A DNA stretch of 64,000 bases from Marsupella aquatica (taxonomy: Eukaryota > Plantae > Marchantiophyta), in NCBI GenBank assembly GCA_973895155.1, contig OZ316899.1, positions 5,273,241 through 5,337,240 of the forward strand, in the 5' to 3' direction. Below, one piece after another: positions 40,076 to 51,213 of the stretch. The notes beneath the pieces are model-generated. The model saw only the letters and a list, made by a program, of their open reading frames with translations, had not been told where the DNA came from and searched no databases. The position numbers and the translations under genes are program-made. Position 1 is the first letter of the stretch. Each line of letters opens with the position of its first letter.

Positions 40076-40520
40076 CTGTGATTTATAAAACGGGCAATGT
40101 TTGACATGTACATTCCATCCAAAACAATGGAATGCTCATTGGCAACCTTTGGATGATCCAAGTTGAAAAGGTAACTACAATTGAGAACAATAAATGAAAA
40201 TAAATTAGAAATTACAAACTTTGAAATTATACCTGCAACTCATATCAAATAATATAACTCAAGAAAAGTAATTATATAAATTGGTTGCAAATGTAATAAT
40301 ATGTCCATCTAGATACTTGTTAACACTCTTAACAAACTTTTAGGATGATCTTTGAAAAGTCTTCAAGAAAATGAAACATGGTCTTTTCTAATTATCTAAC
40401 AACTAATTTACCTCAATTGATTTTCATCATACTGTCCTGCTCGCTCATCAGCTTCAGCTTGTGTCAACACTTCTCCAACATACTCCACCACAAAACGCCC
40501 CCTGCTAGGATCTCTCTCAT
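40076..40520 (-). pseudogene. Two spliced exons of a SUV39/SUVR-type SET-domain methyltransferase (gene fragment)
   Basis: Exon ~40520-40412 reads RGRFVVEYVGEVLTQAEADERAGQYDENQL. GT-AG intron at 40411-40175. Exon 40174-40076 reads (S)YLFNLDHPKVANEHSIVLDGMYMSNIARFINH(S)|gt. Both exons are too short to appear in the ORF track. Confidence 0.8.
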
Positions 40521-41210
40521 TAGTCAAATATTTATCTCAACACGAGATAGACTTTAGATTGACCAGTAGATAAGCTAAATCTGACACTTCTGTTGATAAG
40601 TATAGAGGTATTTAACAATGCAAGGAAAACAGACCAAAAAATCCCAAATAGTTGAATATTGTGGACAGAGAAGGAATTTCACTTGGACAACAAATTGTCT
40701 TTTGACAATATACTCCAAACTTTGACACCCTGCCTGTCTCAACCCACTCCCAAACCACTCTACAATTTAAGTTTTACAGACATAGGTTTGGGGATGTGAA
40801 AAATTCCCAAGGCAAGTTGTGCCAATTGCCACCAAAACCTGATATCTGTTGGAATCTAAGAAAGCCATAGCTCATGAGTATGCAAGGTGTGGGATGTTGA
40901 ATCTCCAATATGATACGATTTCAACCTCTCTCCATGTATTCCTATAGGTTGTGGAATAATTAAAGTCCTTCAGGCCAAGTCCGCCATCATCCTTGGGCCT
41001 GCACAGTTTATCCCACGCCACCAGGGGTATCCTCTTACTCCCTGTCCTGTTAGTACCCCAAAGAAAATTCCTGCTTAATGCGATTAATTTTCTAGCCAGT
41101 GCAGCCGGGGAGCGCAAAAACATCATGTGATAAATGGGTATAGCCTGCAAGACATGTTTAACAAGCAAGAGGTGACCAGTAAAAGAAAGAAATTGTGAGG
41201 ACCACGTAGA

Positions 41211-41411
41211 CCCTGGGCCCTCAGTCTTAACTAATACGTGGAGGACGTGCAAACGCTCGAAGGGTAGTTTTTATTCATTTGAACTAATAATTATAATTAT
41301 TACCGGTAATAAGGGTACTTTTAATGTCAAAATGGAAATAACAAGGGGTAAACACGAAAAGGGCCCGATCGCAGGGGGGTCCCTTCTTTTACATAGAGTG
41401 AGGGCCCAGGG
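41211..41411. mobile_element. MITE, 201 bp
   Basis: TIR CCCTGGGCCCTCA(G/C)TCT and 8-bp TSD CACGTAGA. Removal restores LINE ISARLSTWSSQFLSF. Confidence 0.92.
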
Positions 41412-43293
41412 CACGTAGACAGGCGTGCGCTAATCCTGTCCAAGCAGAAGCCATGAAACTGTGCTTTTGACAGTCCAGTGCCCAATGGGGCTCCCAAGTA
41501 TTTCTGCACTATCCCTACTTCACTGATAACACACCCAGTCTCTCTAAGCCATCTAGGAATGTCATCCAATCCCAAAGGGATGACAATGGATTTTTTAAGA
41601 TTGAGTTTTGCTCTAGTAGCACATTCATAAGTGTTCAATGTGCTTTTAGCCTGTTCAAATGCTAGCTCAGTTACCGGGATGAACAGACCCATATCATCCG
41701 CAAAGAGTCAAAAAGAAATATTCAGATTCGGAGTAATCTGAAAGCCTTGTAATCTACCTGCCTTGATTTCCGCATTACAAAAATCCATTAGCGGTTGAGT
41801 CAAAATTGCAAAAAGTAACGGAGAGAGAGGGCATCCCTGTCTCACCCCCCGGCTCAACTGAATATCTTCAATCCAGATCCCATTTACTAAAGCCTTAGAG
41901 TACGCATTGCTTAGTAATGACTTGACCAAAAAGATGAAATGAGATCCAATGCCCAGTAAGTGCATTGTTTCCCAGATGTAGGTATGGTCTACCTTATCAA
42001 AAGCTTTCTCAAAATCTAACTTCAGGAATAGAGCCGGTGTATTTGTAACGTTAATCCAATCATTCATCAGCCGGGTAATGGAGATGTTCTCTAGAATGTC
42101 TGCCTGGAATTAACCCCATTTGTTGTGGGCAGGTCAGTTTAGAGAGCAACGGTTTTAATCGCTGAGCCAAGAGCTTGGCAATGATCTTGTAAATGATTGT
42201 CAACATCGTGAGAGGTCGCCAGTCCCCCAGCCTTCGTTTATCAGTCTTTTTAGGGATGAAACGGATGACTCCCTCCTTTATCTTGAATGCCAGATGTCCC
42301 GTATGCCAAAAGTCCGATACCATGCCATGCAAGTCATCCTTCAGAAATTCCCAGCATGCACAAATACCCTCCGCGGTCATCCCATCAATCCCCGGAGCCT
42401 TGTCACAAGGTAAAGTAGCAAGGTACTGTGCAGCTCCTGTATCGAGGGAAGAGCCTCTAGTCTTCTGATTTCACTAGCCGTCAGTGCAAACCAAGTATGT
42501 TCACACAGTATACGTCGGGCAGTCAGCATGGCCGATACCTCCTCCGCAGAGAGCATCGGTGGTGCATATAACTCCTCGCACTGTCTCTGCACCTCCTGAA
42601 TTACTGCCTGTTCTTCTCGGATTTCTCTTCCTCCTTCCACCACTAGGTAAGCCATGTTTTCTCTCTACCGCTTTGCCTTGACAGTAGAAAAGAAAAACTT
42701 TGAAGTTTCTTCACCTTGGCCAAGCCATCTGATCCGAGATAGATGTCGATTATGATGTGCCTCCTGAATCTCCATTTCACATACGTTATCTTCCGTGTCC
42801 ATGAAATTCACAGTGCAGGAGGATGAGTGATCCTCAACAATAGCTAATTTCAGCATGCGTAGCCTATCCTTCATTAGCCGCATCTCTTCCTCCCGAGGTA
42901 GGGGTGCAGCTTGTAAATCCATATAACATTTCCTTAGCCTTTGAAATGCTAGTGCAAATCTCAAGTGTGGATCGCTCGGGGGATTGTCTTCCAACCAGGC
43001 CCCAGAAGAAGTTCTACATTTCTTTGCTTCTGTAGGACCACAGGATTGGCCTTAAAATATGTAGCCCGCCTTTGGTCAGCTCCATCCAAAATTGGTAAGG
43101 TAAATCTAAGGGTAAGGATCACTGGATCATGATCAGAGAGAGCTGATGTCCCATCGTGTATAAGTGCCAAAACTTCCCCAGTCCAGCTCCCCTTCTCGCT
43201 GATGTAAAATCGGTCTAGTCGTGACTGTATTAGTCTGCCATGTCTCACCCTTCTCCAAGTAAATTTGGATCCCCTAACTTGGCCCAAAATGCC

Positions 43294-44786
43294 AATGGTG
43301 GACCTCGCCACCAGCGCCCTCACCAATCCCAGCACTTGCGCCTAAGTGCCCTTGGTGCCCGAATGCCTCCACGGAATACCTCGAGCAAGCATCCAAGTGC
43401 CTCTAGCACCTCCTGCGGCCACTCCCATACAAAACCGCACTTGCTCACCTACACGACCGCTACTCAACGGTCCTCACTGTCTGCACAAACAACCAAGCAA
43501 CTCAATAAGTAACCCCTTCGGATCTAGAACTCGCCCAGTCCAGCATCCTAACTCAAGCTCAATAGACGTTGGTAAATAGGTCAGCGATAGGTCCTCCCGA
43601 TGCCATAAGCCGGAACCAGAACCCACGCCCACTGTCCGTCCAGGACAGCTCCTTCCTTGGGCGCGGCCCAGGTTCCCCCTCATACCTATCCATCACCAAC
43701 TGACCGCCCTAACCCCAAGACATGCTCGTGGCCCAATTAGTGTAGCTGGTCCTAAAGCTTGTCCCAAGCTTGTCTCAACACGCCGGGACCAGAACGGCCT
43801 CGACTCTAACAACCGCTCCCGATTCGCCCCACTGATGGTCTAGGGACCGAGCGCCCTTGGGACTCAGCCTCCATACCTACTTGGCCTTGCCTCCCCAATG
43901 CAAGCTCCCTAGTGAGGCTGAACGTGGCTTGGCTACTATTCGGCAGGATTTGGCAAACGGACGAGCTAACACCCACAAACCACGAGAACCCATGGCACCC
44001 CCGGACCCATCTGAGATCAGGAGGGCGTAGCCCTCCTCAAGAGATTTCCAACGCACCCAAGAAGTCCTCCAACGGACTTCCCGTTGGGAAGATATCGCCA
44101 TTTCCGTTTGGCGGTTTCCCTTAGTGTCGCGACCGCCGTGGCTCACGACTTCGGCTTGGCCTTTGCCCCCAGGGAGACATCACTCCTCTCATATATGCTT
44201 CTAGAGACCTGACACCCCCGGACCAACTTTGGTCCCTAAACGTTTGGCCCCCAACCCGGATCCCATCGCGCATAATGGGCGCGCCACCAACTGGCAACGC
44301 CCATAACTTTCTTGATAGGCATCCGCAAGCGGAGTGCCTTAGTGCGTTGTGACCGGGCCAACCCAGTGCTCATGCCTAGGCCCTCAGGTCTGATTACCGC
44401 TCGGGACCCCCGACCGGCCCAACCCGGATCGGGCCACAACTTGCGCCCCAAGCGTCCGTTGCCAATGGCATCAACTCCATTGGCCTTGGGCCCAAGCGGA
44501 GCTCACTCCCAAGCCCTCAGAACTCAAAGCCCATCCGACGGTCCGGACGGCCATCCTTGAGCCCGGCCCATTTGCCCTTGACCCGACCAGCCATAGGCTA
44601 GTCCAAGTCCTTAGTGTGTGTCCCCAGCTTGGCCCCTTGCCTCGCTAGTGCCACGTCTCATTGCCCACAAGTCTCCCCGTGCTAAGTCCTCCTCGGATGG
44701 CCTATCCGGGCCTGGACCATAAGGGAGCTCGGCGTCGGACTCAGCAACGCCGGAGCTAAGTGTTAAGGTAGTCGAGTTCCGCGACT
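43294..44786. mobile_element. Solo-LTR-like element (1493 bp) with A(G/A)T...ACT ends
   Basis: Perfect 5-bp TSD ATGCC (43289-43293 and 44787-44791). Removal restores LINE DVLGILGQ. Confidence 0.88.
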
Positions 44787-47700
44787 ATGCCCAACACATC
44801 TTGTAAATCTAATCTGGTTGTGAGGAATCGCCAGAATTCTTTCTCACGTCCACAGATCAAGGGAGACGGACCAGTTGAGTTGCCCCATATTTCTGTCATA
44901 TTAAAATCGCCTCCCATGATCCATCGATCCTGAGGAAGAGCATTCCGAAGATCATCCCATAGTAGCATCCTTTCACCAGTAGAGGAAGGAGCATATACAC
45001 AAAATAATCCAAAATTACCTTCTGTATGTTCCACTTGGATCCAGACCGCTCGGCCTTTATCCAGCGTGCCTGAAGTTAGCACCTTGAACATGGAATGGAG
45101 TAGAATGGTTGTGCCGCCTCTGCCCTCATTCGGGAGAGAGTAAAAATGCTGATATGTAGGTAAAAAAATCCTGAGAGCGATGTCCAATCTGAAGCTGTCA
45201 TCCTTAACTTCTTGGAGCATCAAAGCATCGAGAGGAGGTTGGATAGATGAAACCCATTTGGATACCACAATTTTTCGATTTGGGTCGCACAGGCCACAAA
45301 CGTTCCAAGTGGCCACCTTGAATGTTGTCATGTAGATTCAAGTCGCGCAAACCACCTCCATGCTCCACCTAGAGGCTAAGTGCTACCACTCACAAGTCAG
45401 ACCTTCTCTTGAAGGGGGCCCACCATTGGCTCAACAGGTACACGCTGCGGCGTCTCTTCAGGTGATTTGATCAAAAGGTTAGGATCCGGTGACCGAATCG
45501 ATACTACCTTACCCGGGGAATCAACGTTGTGCATCACACCATCTGGTGGAATGGGGGAGGCCTCAGTTGCGCCAGAGATCTCTGGGGTATCAGTCACCGG
45601 GTGCTGTAATTCTCTTCTTGCTCGCCGACCGGGGGTGCACCAGTTGTCCTCCTCCTGCAAGTGATGATTAGCAACAAATTGTAAGGCACGTTGATTCTTG
45701 GCCTTCTTTTTCCCCTTTTTCTTTTCGTTTGGTGGGGATCGCTTAGCCAATTTCCTTGCCCGGTCCTTTTTAACCGTTATGTGAGAGATGAATCCTTCAT
45801 ACTCCGACACCTCCATGTCAGAGGGCTTCTCTGTGGCAGACAACCCGTCTCCTTCTTCCATTTCCTCTAAGGTTTCCAATTCCGGACGTGGTAAATCAGG
45901 CTTTTCATTTGGCACAGCCACAATGAGAGGAGTATCAACAGCCCCAAGTCCCGTCTGATCATCTGAATTGGTCAGCTTCTTATTCAAGACCGCCGAGGCG
46001 TAATGCATAGATTGAAGGTCCTGCATGACCCCCGAGATAGCGACCGCACCAGCCCAAAGATGAAGAGCAACTACTCCCGCCCTTCCTTCATCCGTGCATT
46101 CATCTACCTCCCGCACAATTTCCACCGAGGGGGGCGCAGCAATACCCCCCTCCACACTCCCAAATAAAACAAATTCCCCGATACCATTCGCCGGTGTAGG
46201 CACACTATTCACCATCAGCGGATCACTAGTAATAGTAGGTGGCGCAACTCCAACTTGCTCCACCACGGAACCAAGTGTCTCACCCAGAGCAATGGATCTA
46301 GTCGGTACCGCCTCGGCAGCCACCGGTGGGGCCGGATCCGGAAGATCGATGGGTACAGCATTCGTCGGGTCAACAATCTCATGTAATCTGCAATCCCGAG
46401 CAAGATGACCTTTTTTGTTGCACTTAAAGCAGTGGAAAGGGATATTTTTTAAGATAATAGGCTGCCAAATTGAGAGGTCCGCCTTAATCTGAACCTTCAC
46501 ACTCTATGGTAGCTCCCTCTGAGTGTCCCATAGTATACAAACCCGATCGTGTGGATAAGAACTCAAATCATCCCCTTGGATGTAATGCAATATATCTCCC
46601 AGGGAGGCTGCCAGCTTGCGACGGCAAGGTTCAAGAATAAGAGCCCTGAACGGGATCTCAATCCACACTGGCAGCAATGTAAAGGATTCGTTCCAAATGT
46701 TGAAGGAGGGATCCCAGGGAAAAGTAAACACATATTTCCGGTCCAAAAACCAAGGGGCACCCGCCAATGCAAGGTCACGCTGCTCCGGATTTTTGAAAGC
46801 CACCAAGTAGAAATTCTTTCCCACAAATTTGATTTGTGTCATCGGCCAGTGCATCTCTTTGACAAAGGTTTTCTCCACCCAGAATTTGAAGGTGGGTAAC
46901 ATTGGAGCCCTGTCAGTAAAGTAATACATAATGGCACAATTAAAGAGCTTCGTGACGCTAACCGCAGCTTCCTCCAGGGACCATTTGATAGTCGTGTGCA
47001 ATTTAGATGGCCAGTCTTGAACAGAGAGGTCAGCAATGCGCCTAAGCAGAGGGACACAGGCCTCCGCTGCCAGCTTATTGGCCTCCACTGGGTTCCCTGG
47101 ATCCAAAGCAGCATGCCTTACCAGAGTCCGCAAAGTAGAGGCAGACCATTGCATTGCATTTGCGTTCCTGTCAGCAGATTCTCCAGCAATAGTTGGCTCA
47201 TCCTCCATTCTTTCTCCAATGTCATCATGGAAAGTCGCACCAGCGTGGTGTGGCCTACGACCTTCTACATCGTCCATCACTAATCCCTCCTTCTCCTTGT
47301 CCCCGCGAGAGAAGCCATCAGAGTTATCTCCAGAAGGTCAAAGCCCAAACCAGCTCTGGACCGCCACAGCAGGCATGATTGAATAGGCTTCTTGGTTACC
47401 CACGGGTCAAAGCTCACGGTTCCCTCCGGAGCGCGCATCTTGTCCAAAAAATTGATGTTCCATCTCACGACGGGATGTATCATTGGAAGTGGACGCCGGA
47501 AAAGAACATTGAGGTGGTCCGACTGAACAGTAGGGTTTGCCCAGTATCCAACACCTCCCTCGGCATTGCGCCGGGAGGTCTTTTCTCTCAAAAAAGCCGG
47601 TCCAGCTCCACGGCCCTGATAGCCATAGTTTGGGCGAGTGTGCTCCATAAGGTACCAAATGTAGCCCTGTCTAGAGGAAAACAACAATTCCCATCGTTCC

Positions 47701-48408
47701 AAAGGCAGAATGATGCACTTTACAGGTGCAAGTTCTGATCAAAGATAGAGGACTGGCTAAAGTAGTAAATTTCAGCACTCCACCGGCATCCCAAGTTCTC
47801 ACTAATGATGGAAATCAGATAGCGTTCAAGAAGAAAGATCTCACCTCCCTGCCAGAAGCTCCCCCTGATGATGATCCCAGGTGCACACCCAAGTGCCGTG
47901 TATGCCAGGGATAAGTCAGCACTTCAATCGAAAGCAGGTGACCCTCCAAACCAGAAGCTTATTTTAGCAGATTCCCTAAACCAGTCGTTGGTACCAAGAT
48001 TAGATTACTCCACACATAGCTTCTTTCACAACGCCCAGATGCTTCATCCGCATAAGCCTTTTTCACTCCCTTGACCACAACCACCAGCCACCTTAGGGTT
48101 GACCAAAACCGCGGCCATGGGCCAAGCACAGGGCCCTATTCCTGCGGAAAAGTCCTCCGGATACCAAAAACTCACAAAAAAAAGCCCGGTTGATAGTAGA
48201 AACACCTCCGTCTAGGAGATAAGCAAGATTAGTACCTTTAAATCATCCAGTCCTTCAGAAAACCCCAACAAAGATCCACACTCTAGTGCTTGTCAGCTCC
48301 GTCAGTACTCCGCTTCAGCTCCCACTAAATCAGAGACCTTACTTACGCCTAGCCAGGAAGTTGAGAGCAAGAGCGGAGTGGAGTGGGTATTAGAGAGAGC
48401 CTGTAGAC

Positions 48409-49951
48409 TTGCAGGAAGCGATCATACAACAAAAAATACTTTTAAGAGAAGGAAAGCGAGTCAAATCACAGGAAGGAAACGATGAAGAAGAATCAAATGG
48501 TATGGATGAGAAACTATTAACGAGTAACAAGGAGAAACAGAAGGTGGAGGAATTGGAACCAGAGGCTGAGATAGACGACTTGATCGAAGGAGAAAATGTA
48601 GATGCGGAGATTGTGGCAGTCAGCAAAGACACACCACCCAACGTCAAAACAACGATTTCCAAGAAGTTAGGGTTGAGGCAAGCCAAAACGATTAAGGGTA
48701 AAGTGTGGAGTCAAGTAATCAAATCAGAGGAAGAGGAAACTGAAGAGGAATCTATAGAGGAAGAAGAGGAGTTGGTTGCAAAGTGTGGAAACAAAAAGCA
48801 AGTAAAGAAAGATCGCAACACGGGGAAGCATGTACTCAAGTTCAAAGGGATGGAACCACACATACTGGAGAACATGAGGAGCAATAGTCATAAACAGTTC
48901 TTGAGGAATCAAGGACTCGAAGAGTTTGTATATTTGGAATGGGCAACGACCACCGATCTGGAATCAAAAGAACGCTGCGAGAACTATTCAAGTTGCCAAC
49001 CAGAGGAGCCGAAATCAAGAAAAGGATCAGGAAAACATGGCAGCCGGCTTCGTTTCCCCAACACAAAGAAGTAGATGATACCAGAGGCTACCAGATGCGA
49101 CAGTGCACCGATGATAAGATCAAGGAAAGATTAGAGTTTGTGACTCATGCTTTACACTGGAAGCGCCCAAGGTCGGATCCACGGTTCATGATAAAGATCG
49201 TGGAGGAGGGCGATGGTAAATAGAAGAATTGGGTGTCATTTTTCCATGAGGGCTTTCATTCAACACTTAAACGAGCGAAGAAACTTATCGTGCAACCAGA
49301 AGCTATCTACCAGCAAAAATCGAGTCACATTTTCAGGTTCTAATCGGGGAGCAGTTAAAGAGGACGACCACACGAGTACAAAGGAGTAAACCTCAGCTAA
49401 TGATGGAGAAACCAGGCACAACTGATGATCAAAAGTGCAAGAGTGCAGCTACAGAAGAGGAAACAACCAAGGGAGGAGGAGGATCCCAAATGAAGCAGCC
49501 TGGGAACGGGAAGAAGCGAATCATTGAAGCAGCCAAACATAAATCAACGGAGGAAAACCAAGGGGAGAAGGAAGAAACCTGGGATAAATTCTTCAGTGAT
49601 AGAAACCGGAGAGTAAAAAGTGCAAACTTGGACATAAGCAGTTCTGAGGCCATAGATGATACCGACATTAGATACGCCATAGAAACTTGCTCCACGCCTG
49701 AGGTACAGACGGTACAAAGTGTAATTGGGATTGAGAAGCTGAGAGAAGAGATCAAAAACATTAGAAGAAGCAGCATCTTCACCACCATGACAGGACAGAT
49801 CATTTGGCAGGTAGCAATCTACCAAGGGATGAGCAACGCACTGGACCAACATTTCTGGAACGATAGAGAACAGGAATTCATTGCAGCAAATGCAAAAGCA
49901 GAAGAGCTAGAGAAGAAAACATCAGAGAATCAGCAGATTATGGAGAAGCTG
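48409..49951 (+). pseudogene. K/E-rich region plus PMD/Transposase_32-like domain and coiled coil; fragment, probably from another gypsy-associated cassette
   Basis: FLRNQGLEEFVYLEW..ELFKLPTRG..RGYQMRQC..RLEFVTHALHW. Cut on the right by the AGT-LTR at 49952. Confidence 0.65.
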
Positions 49952-50454
49952 AGTGGTGGACCTTGCCACCTAGCGCCCTCACCAATCCCAGCACTCACGC
50001 CTAAGTGCCCTTGGTGCCCGAACTCCTCCACAGAATACCTGGAGCAAGTAACCTAGTGCCCCTTGCACCGCCAGCGGCCCCTCCCATATGAAGCCGCACT
50101 TGCTGTGACGGGTACCCCGTCACGGGAAGTCACACATAACTGGTTGCAAAGGCCGATACCTTGTTAATAGTCAATGTAAATAAGCCATTTTTTAATTTTT
50201 AGTTAATTCCGTCATTATAGGTTGATGATGCCCCAGGTGACTTTATATTCTTTCTCTCATAATAGTTCTAAGATTTGCGGCGACCTAAGTGGGCAAATAT
50301 TTTGGGACCTTGAAACTAGCCAGGACCAGCCCCATAGGACTTACCGTTTTGCTTCAAGAGCTATTGTTGAGACCCCCATTGCAAAGTCAGGAGAGGGGGG
50401 GGTTTTTTTTTAAATAAATCCCTCCTCAGGAGGGCGAGTCCCATTAGTGGCCGT

Positions 50455-50790
50455 CCGAGAGAAAGAGGGGCTGCCTCGCGAGCCCATAGGGCTGCGTGCC
50501 CGGGCGATTAATGGGGCTCCGCGAGCTGAAGGGGCTGCCTCGCGAGCCCATAGGGCTGCGTGCCCGGGCAATTAATGAGGCTCCGCGAGCTGAAGGAGCG
50601 CAAGCGAGCGGGGGGGGGGAGTTAAAGGGCCTCCCGCGAGCTGGGAGGATCACGCGAGCGGGGGGGAGTTAAAGGGCCTCCCGCGAGCTGGGAGGATCAC
50701 GCGAGCGGGGGGGAGTTAAAGGGCCTCCCGCGAGCTGGGAGGATCACGCGAGCGGGGGGGAGTTGAAGGGCCTCCCGCGAGCCGGGAGGA
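50455..50790. repeat. GC-rich tandem repeats upstream of the LTR gene
   Basis: Two ~64-bp units (AGGGGCTGCCTCGCGAGCCCATAGGGCTGCGTGCCCGGG..) followed by about four 47-48-bp units (GCGAGCGGGGGGGAGTTAAAGGGCCTCCCGCGAGCTGGGAGGATCAC). Confidence 0.9.
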
Positions 50791-51213
50791 ATGGCCGCGC
50801 GCCCTGCATAGGGCCGCGCGCAGGAGGACGCAAGGGTAAGGCCCGAGAAATGGGCCGGGGCGCATGGCGAAGGCGCCAGGAGTTTTTTCGGTTCTATTTT
50901 TTTTTCCTTCCTTTTTCTTTCCCTCTTCCTTTTGCACGACCCTCTCATTGCCGAAAGCAAAAACGGGGTTCTTCTCTCTCTTGCCGGAAGCTCTCTCCAG
51001 ATTCTAATTATTTTTGAAGCTCTCTCTTTCATGGTGGATTAGTGGGGCTTGCTGGCGTCATTCTTCCAGGCATTAGTGGCGGCCGCACGGAGTAGTGACG
51101 GGAAATTGAGAGAATTTAAGTGATCGGGCTACGGGGGCTGTTTCGGGCCAGGGAATTGACATTGCCACGGGTGACGGGATTGGTGATTGAGAAATTGATT
51201 TCGGGATGCATGG

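Larger units (their letters stand above)
40960..48390 (-). mobile_element. L1-clade LINE related to 31110-39780; 3'-truncated, with nested MITE and solo LTR
   Basis: ORF1 ~47700-45397 (DRAPMLPTFKFWVEKTFV, CFKCNKKGHLARDC). ORF2 45331-~40960 (TWNVCGL, GDFN, SDH, LDFEKAFDKV, FADD, GGLGL). The 5' motif ACTGACGGAGCTG is shared with the first LINE. Confidence 0.9.

Noticed and set aside
43240-44560. Short ORFs within the AGT-ended LTR
   Set aside because: Products of GC-rich LTR sequence with no domain signal and no conserved frame among copies.
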